Notes: generated by a model from the letters alone, not told the origin. Positions 50,701 through 62,054 are shown, numbered from the stretch's first letter. The stretch is 64,000 bases of DNA from Granulicella sp. (GCA_027339965.1 DAHWNL010000016.1:58148-122147); one strand, 5' to 3'. Made by a program: numbers and translations.

Positions 50701-51807
50701 TCAGTCTGTCATTCTACCTGTGCGGCGCCGAGACAACCCCGGCAACTTCCACAACAGCTCGGAGAGCTTCGGATCTCGCCGGCCCGGCCCCTGCGCAGCG
50801 CGCTGAGCATTGAACTCAGCCCCAATCAACACGCTTAGAGCAATGATGAAGAGCCAGAACAGCAGCGCTATGGCTGCTCCCAGTGACCCATACACTCGGG
50901 AGTAATTGGCGAAGCGCGTCACATAGAACCCAAACAGCAGGGTGGTCACCAGCCACGCCGCCGTGGCCACCGCAGCTCCCGGCAGACTCGCACGCCAACT
51001 CCAGTCCTTTCTTAGCATTACCCAGGGCTCACGCAGCAGAGGCTCCAGGTGCTCCCGCATCTGCCGGGTCAGGTCCGTCCCTAAGTGGTAGATCACCGCG
51101 ATGATCCCCACACTGCCCATGAAGGCCACCGTCCAGCGCAACAGCACGGTGGCGACCAGAGCCGGCGTCCGCAGCATCGGCGTCACTTCTCCGGTCATCC
51201 CTCCGCTGATGACGTGCCCAAAGATCACCAGAGCGCTTACCGCCGCCAGCGGAACCAGAGACAGCGGCACCAGCGCCAGCGCCCGGATTCTTCGTGGCCA
51301 GAAACTGTCCCTGGTTAAGGGGAGATCATAGGCTCGCCGGAAACCCTCCATCAGGGTCGCCATCACGCTGGAAGCGCCTGCGATGCTCACCACCGCGGAC
51401 CCCAGGAGAATCCGCGCGGTATGCATGTTTCGATGCGCCGGCGCGAAGTACCTCTCCAGCACGGGAAGCACATTCGAGGGCAGCACTTGGCTGAAGATCT
51501 GGGCCATCTGCTCCCGCACCGGCAACGTGTCCGGCACCAGAGCGAAGACTCCCGCCGCCACGATCAGCATGGGAAACAGCGCCACGATGGCCGAGTAAGC
51601 AGCCGCCTGCGCCACGGTCAGAACATCATGCTCCACGGCGGAGAGGATGGCGCGCCGAATGGTCCGGGCCAGAGCCATACCGCGGTCCATCCATCCGCTC
51701 CAGCGCGCGGCCCACGCCCTCCTGCGCTGGTTCGCTCCGCTTCCACCGCCGGCCGGCTCTTCCGCTCGCGCTTCATGGCCATATCCTGCCACTTTTATGG
51801 CTTCCAC
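50701..51807 (-). CDS. YihY/BrkB-family membrane protein
   Basis: AAAYSAIVALFP, F..YV..FANYSRVYGSLG and LIGAEFN motifs. Confidence 0.9.
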   Translation of the reverse strand: MEAIKVAGYGHEARAEEPAGGGSGANQRRRAWAARWSGWMDRGMALARTIRRAILSAVEHDVLTVAQAAAYSAIVALFPMLIVAAGVFALVPDTLPVREQMAQIFSQVLPSNVLPVLERYFAPAHRNMHTARILLGSAVVSIAGASSVMATLMEGFRRAYDLPLTRDSFWPRRIRALALVPLSLVPLAAVSALVIFGHVISGGMTGEVTPMLRTPALVATVLLRWTVAFMGSVGIIAVIYHLGTDLTRQMREHLEPLLREPWVMLRKDWSWRASLPGAAVATAAWLVTTLLFGFYVTRFANYSRVYGSLGAAIALLFWLFIIALSVLIGAEFNAQRAAQGPGRRDPKLSELLWKLPGLSRRRTGRMTD

Positions 51808-52283
51808 TTCTTCAAAAATTCAGTCACCGACGAAGGTTCCATGTTCCTCATATCGGCGAACTCGTTGGTCTGCGCGTACAGCACATGTCCGTATCCATCA
51901 AGCACCGCCAGCGCCGGAACCCCCGTGACAGGAACACCATAGCGATGGGCAATGCCCAGATTCGCATCCATGTTCCCTATGTTGACATCCACCAGAACGA
52001 AGTATCTCTTGAGCAGCTCGGCGTTGGGACTCTCATGAAAGTAGATATTCAGCACCTGGCAATCACCGCACCAGTCTCCACCGAAGTCCAGGATCACCCT
52101 CTTGTGCGTACGCCGCGCCTCCAGCAGCGCCCTGTGAATCTGCTCTGGAGCATCACTCACCGCCGGATAGATATGCGCTCCGGCCGAGGCCAGCATCTGC
52201 GGATTCGCTTTGGCCGACACAGGCATCAATCCGGTCAGCATGCAGCCGCCCACCAGCAAACTCTTCCATCCGCTACCCTTCAT
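51795..52283 (-). CDS. Exported thioredoxin-family protein
   Basis: Signal peptide, DFGGDWCGDC and GVP. Confidence 0.88.
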   Translation of the reverse strand: MKGSGWKSLLVGGCMLTGLMPVSAKANPQMLASAGAHIYPAVSDAPEQIHRALLEARRTHKRVILDFGGDWCGDCQVLNIYFHESPNAELLKRYFVLVDVNIGNMDANLGIAHRYGVPVTGVPALAVLDGYGHVLYAQTNEFADMRNMEPSSVTEFLKKWKP

Positions 52284-52627
52284 AGCCGCCCCCTCGGAAA
52301 ACTCTTGCCAGATACCACCTGCGTATCCTTTCCCTCGTCTTTCTATATCATCCCGCACACCGTTCCGGCATCCAAAAGTGTCTGGAAGAAATTCAACTCA
52401 AGCAACGGGCCATCGCGCTGCGCCTGGGCAAAGCCTTTTTTCGTGAAAGCGTATCCGGATGTCCCGGCCTTTGGAGGCGCTTTCCCCTGTGAAATCGCCA
52501 CAGCGAGCCCTCATCTGCTCCCTCGACTCCCTCGACAGCAGCGAGCGCCGGCACCCAGCATCTCGTTCTTTGCAAGCTCGGCCGACAGGTCCACGACCGG
52601 ACCGGCTAGCTCGGCTGAGGAGACGGT

Positions 52628-54643
52628 TCACTCTCCACCTTCGCGCAGATCTTCCAGCACGCTGCCGTCCTCCAGCGTCGTCATATCTCCCTTCACGGTT
52701 CCCGTCGCAGCCAGTTCCCGCAGCAGCCGGCGCATGATCTTTCCCGAACGCGTCTTGGGCAAACGCCTTACAAAACGCAGGTCGTCCGGCCGGGCCAGGG
52801 GACCAATCTCCTTGCTCACCCACCGGCGTAGCTCCTCCTTCATCTGCGGCCGGGGCGCAACACTCTCCTTGAGCGTCACAAACGCTGCCACAGCCTGGCC
52901 CTTCAGCTCATCGGGTCGGCCTACCACTGCCGCCTCCGCCACGCCGGGGTGGCCCACCAGCGCGGATTCAATCTCGGCCGTCCCCAACCGATGTCCGTTC
53001 ACGTTGATCACATCATCCACCCGGCCCATCAGCCAGTAGTATCCATCCTCATCGCAACGGGCTCCATCGCCAGTGACGTAGACTCCCGCCCCCTGGGGGA
53101 AGTAGGTCTTCTCGTACAACTCCGCATTCTTCCAGATGGTGCGCGCCATCGACGGCCAGGGGCGCCTGATCGTCAGCAGCCCGCCCTGGTTGGGCCCCAG
53201 CGGAGCCCCCTGCGGGGACACAATCTCAGGAACCACTCCAAAAAACGGCCGTGTAGCCGAGCCCGGCTTGGTCGTTATTGCTCCCGGTAGCGGGGCAATC
53301 ATGATCGCGCCCGTCTCCGTCTGCCACCAGGTGTCCACGATCGGGCACCGTCCCTGGCCAATATGGCGGTGGTACCAGATCCAGGCCTCCGGATTGATTG
53401 GCTCACCAACCGTGCCCAGCAGCCGCAGACTTGACAGATCGTGCCTGTGAACCCACTCGCTTCCCCACTGGATGAACGCCCGGATCGTGGTGGGCGCGGT
53501 ATAGAAAACGGTCACTTTATGGGCATCCACAATCCTCCAATAGCGGTCCCTTTCCGGCCATGTCGGGGCGCCCTCATAAAGCAGCACCGTCGCTCCGGTC
53601 AGCAGCGGCCCGTACAGCGCGTAGCTGTGCCCGGTCACCCATGCGATATCCGCCGTGCACCAGGAAACATCCTCCTCTCGCAGATCGAAGATATACTTGG
53701 TCGAAAGATAGGTTTGAACTGCATACCCCCCCGACGTATGCACCAGCCCCTTCGGCTTGCCGGTCGTGCCGCTGGTGTACAGGATGAACAGCGGATCCTC
53801 GGCATCCATCCACTCCGGGGGACACGCGGCGGAAGCTGCGGCCATCGCCTCATGCCACCCCAGATCGCGACCTGCTTTCATCGCTACCGGAAACCCAGGC
53901 GCTCTCTGGTACACCACCACACTGCGCACATCCGGGCACCTCTCCAGCGCCTCGTCCACCATCCCCTTCAGCCCAACCTTGTTTCCTCGCCGATAGCTGA
54001 CATCCTGGGTCACAACAACTGCGCAATCGCCATCCCTCACCCGCTCCCCGATCGCCTGCGGCCCGAATCCTGCAAAGATCACCAGATGCACCGCACCTAA
54101 TCGTGCGCAGGCCAGCACGGCGATCGCCAGCTCAGGGCTCATCCCCATGTACACGGCTACGCGATCGCCCTTCTTCACTCCCAGAGACTTTAGTACATTG
54201 GCGAACCTCTGCACCTGCTCCAACAGCTCACCGTAGGTCAGGCGGCGCACCTCGGCCGAGCCGTCTTCCACGCAAGGCTCGCCCTCCCAGATCAACGCAA
54301 TCTTGTCTCTTCGCAACCCTCGCACGTGCCGATCCAGGCAGTTATAAGCAAGATTCAGCTTTCCACCCACAAACCAGCGCGCATGCAGCGCGTCTTCATC
54401 CAGTACCCGCTCCCACCGCTTGAACCACTCCAACTCTTCTGCCGCCTCTGCCCAGAACTCCTCCGGGTTCTCGATGCTGCGCGCGTACATCCGCTCGTAC
54501 TCCGCCAGACTCTTCAGCCGAGCCTGCGCGGAAAAGGCTGCGGGTGGCGGAAACATCCGGCCCTCATGCAGGTGGATCTCGAAGAGATCGTCCTGCGCCG
54601 GCAATTTGACGTTCTTTCCAGGATTCTGCGTCATGGTCTCCAT
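52628..54643 (-). CDS. acs: Acetate--CoA ligase
   Basis: [30 protein letters not shown] and [12 protein letters not shown] motifs. Confidence 0.96.
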   Translation of the reverse strand: METMTQNPGKNVKLPAQDDLFEIHLHEGRMFPPPAAFSAQARLKSLAEYERMYARSIENPEEFWAEAAEELEWFKRWERVLDEDALHARWFVGGKLNLAYNCLDRHVRGLRRDKIALIWEGEPCVEDGSAEVRRLTYGELLEQVQRFANVLKSLGVKKGDRVAVYMGMSPELAIAVLACARLGAVHLVIFAGFGPQAIGERVRDGDCAVVVTQDVSYRRGNKVGLKGMVDEALERCPDVRSVVVYQRAPGFPVAMKAGRDLGWHEAMAAASAACPPEWMDAEDPLFILYTSGTTGKPKGLVHTSGGYAVQTYLSTKYIFDLREEDVSWCTADIAWVTGHSYALYGPLLTGATVLLYEGAPTWPERDRYWRIVDAHKVTVFYTAPTTIRAFIQWGSEWVHRHDLSSLRLLGTVGEPINPEAWIWYHRHIGQGRCPIVDTWWQTETGAIMIAPLPGAITTKPGSATRPFFGVVPEIVSPQGAPLGPNQGGLLTIRRPWPSMARTIWKNAELYEKTYFPQGAGVYVTGDGARCDEDGYYWLMGRVDDVINVNGHRLGTAEIESALVGHPGVAEAAVVGRPDELKGQAVAAFVTLKESVAPRPQMKEELRRWVSKEIGPLARPDDLRFVRRLPKTRSGKIMRRLLRELAATGTVKGDMTTLEDGSVLEDLREGGE

Positions 54644-54875
54644 ACTAATGAATGCGAACGCACGCGAAGGAACGCAAGAGCGGGAATAGAAACTATCCCT
54701 CCTGAGCCGTCATGACAAGACCTCGCCGTGAACTCCTTGAACAGAGGAGCCGGCCGAACGAACTGACCCTGGAACTCGCGGCAAATCGGCCGCTTCACGC
54801 CTTGCCGCGCAGATCTATAAGATGGGATCAAACGCGCTTGGATGAGAATTCGAATTGGGAAGCAGGTCGGCCCTC

Positions 54876-55736
54876 TTACTTGCCCGCCCGCCGCAGAGCT
54901 ACCTGGGTTAGATTCCCTTGATCGCTCCACCCGGTCAGACGATAGGCGATGATCATCGCCGGCGCCAGATAGGCAAACGAGCCGATCACCCACATGACCA
55001 CGGCTCCCATCACCTGGTCCTGAAGCACCGGAATGTGAAAGGGGTTGAGGTTGTCCACATAGTAGCTGTAGACCGGCCGATCACAGAAGGCGAGGAACGC
55101 CGAGAGCATGGTCATCACCACATCCCCCATCGCCAGAAAAATCAGCATCCCCCAGTCGTCAGGCCGCTCTTTGGCCGGCCAGGGCCGAAAGATGTACCAC
55201 CAGAACATCAGCGAGGTGAACAAGAAGCACAGGTGCTCCGCGTCATGCGCCGGCTCGTTTTCCAGGGCAAAGTTGTACGCAGCCGGAACATGCCAGGCCA
55301 GATATGCCACATTCATCGCCAGCCACGCCACGACGGGCGTCACCAGCCACTGCAACATCCGGCGCAGCGCGCGGATCCGCACCAGGGGAGCCACCACCCA
55401 GCGCACCACCGGCCCGGGGAGCCCACGCAGCATGGGCACAACAGGAAGCCCGTAAAGCAGGAGCATGGGAATAGCCGACATCAACAGAAGATGCTCGACC
55501 ATGTGCATGGTCAACAAAGCGTCGGCGAAGCCGTCCATCGGCGAGCCCACCACCGTCCACAGCAGGGCCAGGCCGGAGAGAAACGAAGCTAGCCGCTCGA
55601 CGGTAAACTGCTCCCGGCGCGTCCTGCGCAGCTCCAGCCAGCCACGTAGGTAGATCAACGCCGCCAGAAAGACGGAGACTGTGAGCCCTACCGGCAACCG
55701 CCACTCCACGAAGATTTCATGAACGGCGTCTGACAT
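54876..55736 (-). CDS. ctaG: Cytochrome c oxidase assembly factor (caa3 CtaG type)
   Basis: HMVEHLLL, WHVP...Y, H..EH and DQ..GAVVMW motifs; last gene of the oxidase operon. Confidence 0.85.
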   Translation of the reverse strand: MSDAVHEIFVEWRLPVGLTVSVFLAALIYLRGWLELRRTRREQFTVERLASFLSGLALLWTVVGSPMDGFADALLTMHMVEHLLLMSAIPMLLLYGLPVVPMLRGLPGPVVRWVVAPLVRIRALRRMLQWLVTPVVAWLAMNVAYLAWHVPAAYNFALENEPAHDAEHLCFLFTSLMFWWYIFRPWPAKERPDDWGMLIFLAMGDVVMTMLSAFLAFCDRPVYSYYVDNLNPFHIPVLQDQVMGAVVMWVIGSFAYLAPAMIIAYRLTGWSDQGNLTQVALRRAGK

Positions 55737-55742
55737 AAAAGA

Positions 55743-57266
55743 CTACCTCTGCTGACCTGCCTTTTCGGGAGCAGCAGCCGCGGAATCGGCGCTTCCCGCA
55801 GTCTGCTCCATCCGGCTTTCGCGTAGCAGCTCCCTTGAGGCATTCATGGCCGGCTGCAGGTCATGGCCGCGCAAGGTCATCAGGAAGCTCACCAAAGCCT
55901 TGGTCTCCGCCGGATTCAGCGCGTTGCCGTAGGCCGGCATGTTTCCACCACCCTGCAGCACCTGACGAACAATCTGGTCTTCGGTCATTTGCGAGGCCAC
56001 CGCGTCCAGTTTCGGGCCGCGCATTCCTCCCTCGCCGTTCAGGGAGTGGCAGTCCCGGCATTGCTTGTCCTGAAGCACCATCGCCCCCTCGCGCTCCAGC
56101 GGAGAGCGATTGTGCATATACTTCACCGGCACGGCATCGCCTGACCACGCATCCATCACAGGACTCCAAGGCGTATAGGTTCCCAGGCGGGTAAAGATCC
56201 CCAGCGTGACGGCGATGACCGATACCGACAGAACAGCCACTGGCCGGCGTGCCCAGTGCCGCTCTCCTTCCCCCGCCAGCAGCGGAAGCAGAAGCATGCC
56301 GGTAATGGCCAGCACAGGAACCACCAGCAGCACCGGCGTCTCCAGCGAGGGCGGAAGGAAGGCCAGCACAGCGTAGATCCACAGAAACGCAAAGTCCGGG
56401 TGAGGGGCCGTCTGTATGATGGTCGGGTCCGGTTGTCCGCTGGGGCCAAACGGTCCAAGGAAGAACGCGCAGGCCATCACCGCAAAGATGATCGCAGCGG
56501 CAAACACTGCATCTTTCCAGGCTGCGTCCGGCACAAACGGCAAACCCGTTCTCAGGGTCAGTTCATGGTACTCACGCTCATAGGTCGATCTGCGCACCAG
56601 GCGGCCCGGCATCGGCCAGTCGCTCACACCGTGCTTGAGCACCATCAGGACATGCACCGCCACTCCGGCCAGCAAGAGCCCTGGAATCACAAAGACGTGA
56701 AGGGTAAAGAACCGGGACAAAGTCGCGCCGCCGATGATCGGTCCACCGAGCATCAGATGAACCAGATCCGCGCCCACGAAAGGCACGCGGCTGGCGATGG
56801 AAGCGCCGATGCCCAGCCCCCAGTAGGCATCCTGATCGAACCGCATCACCTGCCCCGTAAATGCCATGCCCAGGGTCAGGAGCAAAAGAACCACGCCCAC
56901 CATCCAGGTCAGTTCACGAGGAAACTTGAAGGATCCAAACAGAAATACCTGCACCAGATGCAGGAGCACAATGGCGATCATGAAGTCTGATCCCCAACCG
57001 TGCAGCGCGCGAAGATACCATCCCAGCGCCACGTTGTGGTTCAGAAAGTTCAAGCTGGTCCAGGCTTCATTGGCCGAAGGGCTGTAGACCAGCGCCAGCA
57101 AAATGCCGGTGACCACCTGCAGCATCAAAAGCACCGTAGCCGCACTTCCAAAGACATACCACCAACTGGCGTTATTGGAGGGCGTAGGATGTTCAGCGGC
57201 CTGCTTGAGCGGCTGGATGAAACCGAGACGATGCTCGAGCCACTTGGAAATCTTCAACCCTGCCAT
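55743..57266 (-). CDS. Cytochrome b of a Rieske/cytb complex with fused C-terminal cytochrome c
   Basis: Four heme-b His (LHGW, LHL, LHV, VHV; 14-residue spacing in helix D), subunit-IV-like region, and CRDCH...MP. Confidence 0.93.
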   Translation of the reverse strand: MAGLKISKWLEHRLGFIQPLKQAAEHPTPSNNASWWYVFGSAATVLLMLQVVTGILLALVYSPSANEAWTSLNFLNHNVALGWYLRALHGWGSDFMIAIVLLHLVQVFLFGSFKFPRELTWMVGVVLLLLTLGMAFTGQVMRFDQDAYWGLGIGASIASRVPFVGADLVHLMLGGPIIGGATLSRFFTLHVFVIPGLLLAGVAVHVLMVLKHGVSDWPMPGRLVRRSTYEREYHELTLRTGLPFVPDAAWKDAVFAAAIIFAVMACAFFLGPFGPSGQPDPTIIQTAPHPDFAFLWIYAVLAFLPPSLETPVLLVVPVLAITGMLLLPLLAGEGERHWARRPVAVLSVSVIAVTLGIFTRLGTYTPWSPVMDAWSGDAVPVKYMHNRSPLEREGAMVLQDKQCRDCHSLNGEGGMRGPKLDAVASQMTEDQIVRQVLQGGGNMPAYGNALNPAETKALVSFLMTLRGHDLQPAMNASRELLRESRMEQTAGSADSAAAAPEKAGQQR

Positions 57267-57922
57267 GTCGTTGACCTCATGGTTGCATCCGGCATGCCGG
57301 CGTTGGCAGCCTCCGCCGGTTCGGCTGCTTCAATCTGCACCAGCGGCTTCTCTCGGCATGAAGCCTCGGTGGACAGAGTGGGTAAATTGCCGGCATGAAT
57401 CAACAGGCTGTCGCCTGCGATCTTGAACTTGTATTCGAACAAACCGCGCTCCGGCGGTCCGGAGGCCCTGCTGCCATCCTCGTAGTACGCTCCACCATGA
57501 CAGGGGCAAAGAAATAATCTGGACTCCGAAAACCAACGCACCGGACATCCCAGGTGCGCGCAGTTGATGGCGAAGACCTGGAACGACTTCTCCGAGATCC
57601 GGCGTACCCAGCACGAGGTCTTGCCCGTCTCCCCATCGTTGAAGGCCGCCATCGGGCTGCGAAAGTCCGCCAGCCGCGTCTGGCCCACGGGAAAATCGCT
57701 CAGGCTACCCAGATTCACCCAGGCACCGATGTCGGAACGCTTCTTTGCCGCCGGCCCCAGCAGGTATCCCACCAGCGGCACGGCGAGAACCGCCCCCACC
57801 ATGGCATTCAGCCCAACGGCCAGCTTGAACAAGAACACCCTCCGGGTGTGCGCTGCAGCCTTCTCTTCCGGCGACAGGGTGTCCACCTTGGACATTCCCG
57901 GGTACTTCAGTAGTTCGCTCAT
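57254..57922 (-). CDS. Rieske 2Fe-2S subunit
   Basis: RRVFL Tat-like anchor, CAHLGC, CPCHGG and GPP. Confidence 0.95.
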   Translation of the reverse strand: MSELLKYPGMSKVDTLSPEEKAAAHTRRVFLFKLAVGLNAMVGAVLAVPLVGYLLGPAAKKRSDIGAWVNLGSLSDFPVGQTRLADFRSPMAAFNDGETGKTSCWVRRISEKSFQVFAINCAHLGCPVRWFSESRLFLCPCHGGAYYEDGSRASGPPERGLFEYKFKIAGDSLLIHAGNLPTLSTEASCREKPLVQIEAAEPAEAANAGMPDATMRSTTWQG

Positions 57923-58018
57923 CTATCTCTCTCCATCTCTGGTTCTCGATCTTTGGACGAACTGCATATTCTTGACCGAGGATCTGACGGCATCTCTTCG
58001 GATGCATCGAAGTTCAGG

Positions 58019-58750
58019 CTAGGGGTGCGAGTAGAACTGACCTGGCGCCGCTACCCGGTGCGAGGCCAACCAGGCAACAATGTCGGTGACCTCTTGATCG
58101 GTCATACTGCGAGCGCCTGTTCCTTGCAGGTCTGATCGCCAATCCGGCATCCCCTCCTGAGGCTGGCCGGCGAGGATCAGGCTGCGCAGCCCCTGGTCGC
58201 TGATCAGCGCCAGGTAGGAGGGGTCGACGATGGACCCGGTATGCAGCTTTGCATTGACGACGCCTTGGCCCTCGACCCCATGGCAACTGGCGCAGAAGGT
58301 CCCGTAAGCCTTTTGTCCCGCACTCGGATCGCCGGCGGTGCTGCCGGCATAGGGAGGAGCCGTTTGCCCGCCCAGCGCGTTGGAACTCCCCCAGGCAGAC
58401 TCAACTCCCTGCGCCAGAATTGCCACCTGCTGATCGGTCAACATCCCTCCCTGGCTCTTGGCAAAGGCGGGCATCAGCGTTCCCGGAACGCCGTTGGCGG
58501 TAATCTTCTGAATGTTGACGGTGCCCGCAATGGCCAGATACACAGGGTTATTGAGTGAGATAGCATCTCCGTAATCTCCACGGACACCGTGGCACGCGGC
58601 ACAGTTCTGCCGGTAGAGGAGACGAAAGTCAGTTACCTTGTCCGGCCGCGTCACGGCCGCTCCCGGCCGGCCCGGCGCGTCACGGCAGCCCCCACAGCAG
58701 AGCCCAACTGCCAGCGCGGCCACGGAAAGACTTAACCAACGAAGATTCAT
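58019..58750 (-). CDS. Diheme cytochrome c (possibly a lipoprotein)
   Basis: Signal peptide with Cys; CAACH...MP and CASCH...MP. Confidence 0.92.
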   Translation of the reverse strand: MNLRWLSLSVAALAVGLCCGGCRDAPGRPGAAVTRPDKVTDFRLLYRQNCAACHGVRGDYGDAISLNNPVYLAIAGTVNIQKITANGVPGTLMPAFAKSQGGMLTDQQVAILAQGVESAWGSSNALGGQTAPPYAGSTAGDPSAGQKAYGTFCASCHGVEGQGVVNAKLHTGSIVDPSYLALISDQGLRSLILAGQPQEGMPDWRSDLQGTGARSMTDQEVTDIVAWLASHRVAAPGQFYSHP

Positions 58751-59610
58751 CGCGAAGTGCCCTCACCATCCGTATCGGCCTCTTCATCATGCAACCGATC
58801 ATGGATGTCGCTATGGATACCGGCTCGTATCGAAAATGGAAGCGCCTGGAACTGCGGAGTTCTCACCTTGGTCTGCAGATTGACCACAAAACCGCAGACC
58901 AGTCCGAAGGCGATTTGCGAGGCGATATACCAGAACCAGTCGATTCGCTGATTCAGAATGGGGCTGACGACGTCAATCGCCGAGTGTAGGATTCCGGTCA
59001 GCAACAGCGGAGCCATGATGCCCGCAGTCACAATCGGATACCTGGGAAACATCGGCAGCATGGCTCCGTAGAGCAGCCCGACCAGCAGAGAGGTGACGCC
59101 GTGAATCGCCAGCGCCGCCAACAGGCCGCGCAGATGAAATTCGCTGAGAAAGGCGTTGCTGGCTCCAATCCAACTGACAAACCCTCCCGCGGCCAGCAGA
59201 TTCATGGCATACCAGATGCTGTGGTACTTGACCCAACCGTAGACGGCCGCCGGCACGGCCATGGCGGCTCCGCCGACCAGCCCGCCTCGGATGCCTGTGG
59301 TGATGCGGAAGGTCTCCACCGGGAGAATCTTGCGCGAGGTGACATCCTCCGGCAGCTTCAGCGCCAGCCTCCGAGAGGTGACCACCGGCACCGGCTCGTC
59401 ATGCACCTCAACGGGCTGATGGGCTTCTTCAGGAAGCACCTGCCGAAACCAGCCCACGCTGGCTAGAGATGCAAGCAGCACGCCCAGGATGCTCACCACG
59501 ACACTGGTAACCATGCCCGTCAGCAGTAGCGCGACTCCCAGAGCCAGCACAACCGGCCATGCGGTTGGCGAGGGGAGATGCAGACCGTGTTCTTGGTTGG
59601 GATGACTCAC
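58747..59610 (-). CDS. Multi-pass membrane protein with CtaF/subunit-IV-like N-terminus
   Basis: LPSPTAWP two-helix N-terminus followed by about four more TM segments; inside the oxidase operon. Confidence 0.7.
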   Translation of the reverse strand: MSHPNQEHGLHLPSPTAWPVVLALGVALLLTGMVTSVVVSILGVLLASLASVGWFRQVLPEEAHQPVEVHDEPVPVVTSRRLALKLPEDVTSRKILPVETFRITTGIRGGLVGGAAMAVPAAVYGWVKYHSIWYAMNLLAAGGFVSWIGASNAFLSEFHLRGLLAALAIHGVTSLLVGLLYGAMLPMFPRYPIVTAGIMAPLLLTGILHSAIDVVSPILNQRIDWFWYIASQIAFGLVCGFVVNLQTKVRTPQFQALPFSIRAGIHSDIHDRLHDEEADTDGEGTSR

Positions 59611-59718
59611 CGGAAACTCCACTTCTTTTGAACTCCTCGGGCTTCCATATCGCCTTGGCTTCTCCAGGCGGCCCGTGCAGGGAAACAGCGTTGCAGTTCC
59701 TTTTCCTTTTGAATCGTG

Positions 59719-60315
59719 TTACCTGCCAAGCACATACACCACAAGAAAGACGACAACCCACACGGCATCGACAAAGTGCCAGTAAAGGGACAAAACCTCA
59801 AGTTTCTCGGAGTGATGATGGTGCATCTGCCCCCGCAGGGAAAACCAAAGCGCCAGAGAGAGCATCAGCAAGCCGACCACGACGTGCGAGGCGTGCAGGC
59901 CGACCAGGGAGTAGAACGTGGTTCCAAACAGGTTGGTGCTGATGGTGAGGCCATGGTTATAGATCAGGTCATACCATTCGTGCGCCGTGCCCGCAAGAAA
60001 GATCCCTCCCAGCAAGACGGTTGCCGCCAGCCATAGGGAGCAAAGCCGCTGTTGGCCACGCCGCAAGGCGGAGACGGCCGCATGCACCGTAAGGCTGCTG
60101 GACAACAGGCAGATCGAGGTGAAGATCGGCAGCGACAGAACGTCCTTGGGGGTTGGCCCGTTCAGACTCTTCCCGATGTAGAAGATATAAGCGACGATAA
60201 AGATGATAAAGATCGACGCTTCGGCAAGGATCAGGCAGACCATGCCCACAATCCCACGGGCTGGAGGATTCCAGGCCACATCCGCGCCGCTCGGCACCAC
60301 TGCAACGTCACTCAC
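59719..60315 (-). CDS. ctaE: Cytochrome c oxidase subunit III (short form)
   Basis: LAEASIF, FYSLVGLHASHV and YWHFVDAVW motifs. Confidence 0.92.
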   Translation of the reverse strand: MSDVAVVPSGADVAWNPPARGIVGMVCLILAEASIFIIFIVAYIFYIGKSLNGPTPKDVLSLPIFTSICLLSSSLTVHAAVSALRRGQQRLCSLWLAATVLLGGIFLAGTAHEWYDLIYNHGLTISTNLFGTTFYSLVGLHASHVVVGLLMLSLALWFSLRGQMHHHHSEKLEVLSLYWHFVDAVWVVVFLVVYVLGR

Positions 60316-62054
60316 GCGCTCTCCTCCTTCTGCTTCGCCCGCTGTCGATGGCTTGGCCCTATCTCGTAATCGCCGTCCGGATCGTCAGGATGCTTCAGAT
60401 CCCAGAGCGGTCTGCGGCTGGAGACCTCTGGAGTCTCGGCAAAATTGTAGGAGGGCGGAGGCGACGAGGTTGCCCACTCCAGCGTCCAGGCATCCCAAGG
60501 ATCGGGCCCGGCCACAGGCCCTTTGAAGTAAGACCAGATCATGTTGTACACGAACAGCAGCGTGGCCACAGCTTGAACTACTGCACCACTGGAGACGATC
60601 ATGTTCCAGATCATCCAGCCGCGATCCGCTTCATAGGTATAGATGCGGCGTGGCATGCCCAGCAATCCGGGGACATGCATGAAGTCGAAGGTGAGGTGGA
60701 AGCCGATCAGGAAGAGCCAGAAGTGCCACTTTCCCAGCTTCTCGCTCAGCATCCGCCCCGTCATCTTCGGGTACCAGTAGTAAAACGCTGAAAACAGCAT
60801 AAAAAGAATGGCTCCCACCAGAACGTAGTGGAAGTGGGCTACCACAAAGTAGGAGTTGCCGAGCTGCCAGTCAAAGGGAGCCACCGACAACATAATGCCG
60901 GTAAGTCCGGCAACCAGAAACTGGAAGAGAAAGGCGATGGCGAACATCATGGATGAGGTGAACTGAATCTTGCCGCCCCACAGCGTGGCCAGCCAGTTGA
61001 AGATCTTGATTCCAGTAGGCACGGAGATCGCCATGGTCGCCAGGACAAAGAAGGTGTTTTCCGCGGCGCCCAAGCCCACGGTGAACATGTGATGCGCCCA
61101 GACGCTCAGGCTCACAAAACCGATGCCTACTGAGGCCGCCACCATGGCCGGATAGCCGAAGATCGCCTTGCGGGAAAAGACCGGGATGATCTCATTGGCA
61201 AAAGCAAAGGCCGGCAGGACGAGAATATAGACTTCCGGATGTCCGAAGATCCAGAAGAAGTGCATCCAGAGCACCGCTGATCCGCCCGCTTGGGTGTCGA
61301 AGAAGTGAGACCCCAGGTAACGGTCCAGCATCAACATGATCTGGGCAGCCGTCAGCGGACCGACGGCGACAAAAGTCAGCCCGGAGGTGACCAGGTACAA
61401 CCACGGAAGCAAGGGCAGCCGGCTCATCTTCATCCCCGGGCAGCGCATGCTGATGATGGTGGCCACGATGTTCAGCGCCGTGCCGATCGTTCCGATTCCG
61501 GTCAGCAGCAGAGATAGCGTCCAGTAATCCGTGCTGTGCCCGAGGGAGAAGACCTTGGCGGTCAAAGGCGCATAAGCGAACCAGCCGACATCTGGCGCGC
61601 TTCCGGCGCCATATAATCCGCTGCCGCCGATGTAGCTGTAGTAAAGCAGGATTCCGCCAAAGGCGGAGATCCAAAAGCTGAACGCATTGAGCCTGGGAAA
61701 CGCCATATCCCGGGCCCCGATCATCAGAGGAATAAGATAGTTGCCAAAGCCAAACAGGATGGGCATGCCGACGAAGAAGACCATCGTGGTCCCATGCATC
61801 GTAAACAACCCGTTGAAGACCTCCGGCGAAACAAAGGAGTTGTTCGGCACTGCCAACTGGATTCGCATCAATAAGGCTTCAAATCCTGCCACCACCAGGA
61901 AAAAAAGCGCATAGCCGATGTACATCATCCCAATCTTCTTGTGATCGACCGTGGTCACCCACTCATGGAGCACCTCTAACCACAGCCTGGGCCGCATGTC
62001 CGCCCCAGTCTCCTCAGGAGCATGTGCCTGGTTGAACGGAATCTGTGTCGCCAT
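60312..62054 (-). CDS. ctaD: Cytochrome c oxidase subunit I, A1 type
   Basis: DHKKIG, MHG, DMAFPRLN, GHPEVY, WAHHMF, PTGIK, HFHY and MPRR motifs. Confidence 0.97.
   Translation of the reverse strand: MATQIPFNQAHAPEETGADMRPRLWLEVLHEWVTTVDHKKIGMMYIGYALFFLVVAGFEALLMRIQLAVPNNSFVSPEVFNGLFTMHGTTMVFFVGMPILFGFGNYLIPLMIGARDMAFPRLNAFSFWISAFGGILLYYSYIGGSGLYGAGSAPDVGWFAYAPLTAKVFSLGHSTDYWTLSLLLTGIGTIGTALNIVATIISMRCPGMKMSRLPLLPWLYLVTSGLTFVAVGPLTAAQIMLMLDRYLGSHFFDTQAGGSAVLWMHFFWIFGHPEVYILVLPAFAFANEIIPVFSRKAIFGYPAMVAASVGIGFVSLSVWAHHMFTVGLGAAENTFFVLATMAISVPTGIKIFNWLATLWGGKIQFTSSMMFAIAFLFQFLVAGLTGIMLSVAPFDWQLGNSYFVVAHFHYVLVGAILFMLFSAFYYWYPKMTGRMLSEKLGKWHFWLFLIGFHLTFDFMHVPGLLGMPRRIYTYEADRGWMIWNMIVSSGAVVQAVATLLFVYNMIWSYFKGPVAGPDPWDAWTLEWATSSPPPSYNFAETPEVSSRRPLWDLKHPDDPDGDYEIGPSHRQRAKQKEESA

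Noticed and set aside
52400..52520. GGCAAA...GAAA segment reminiscent of a c-di-GMP-I riboswitch
   Set aside because: The second stem and conserved pairing are absent, and it is on the opposite strand to the flanking genes.
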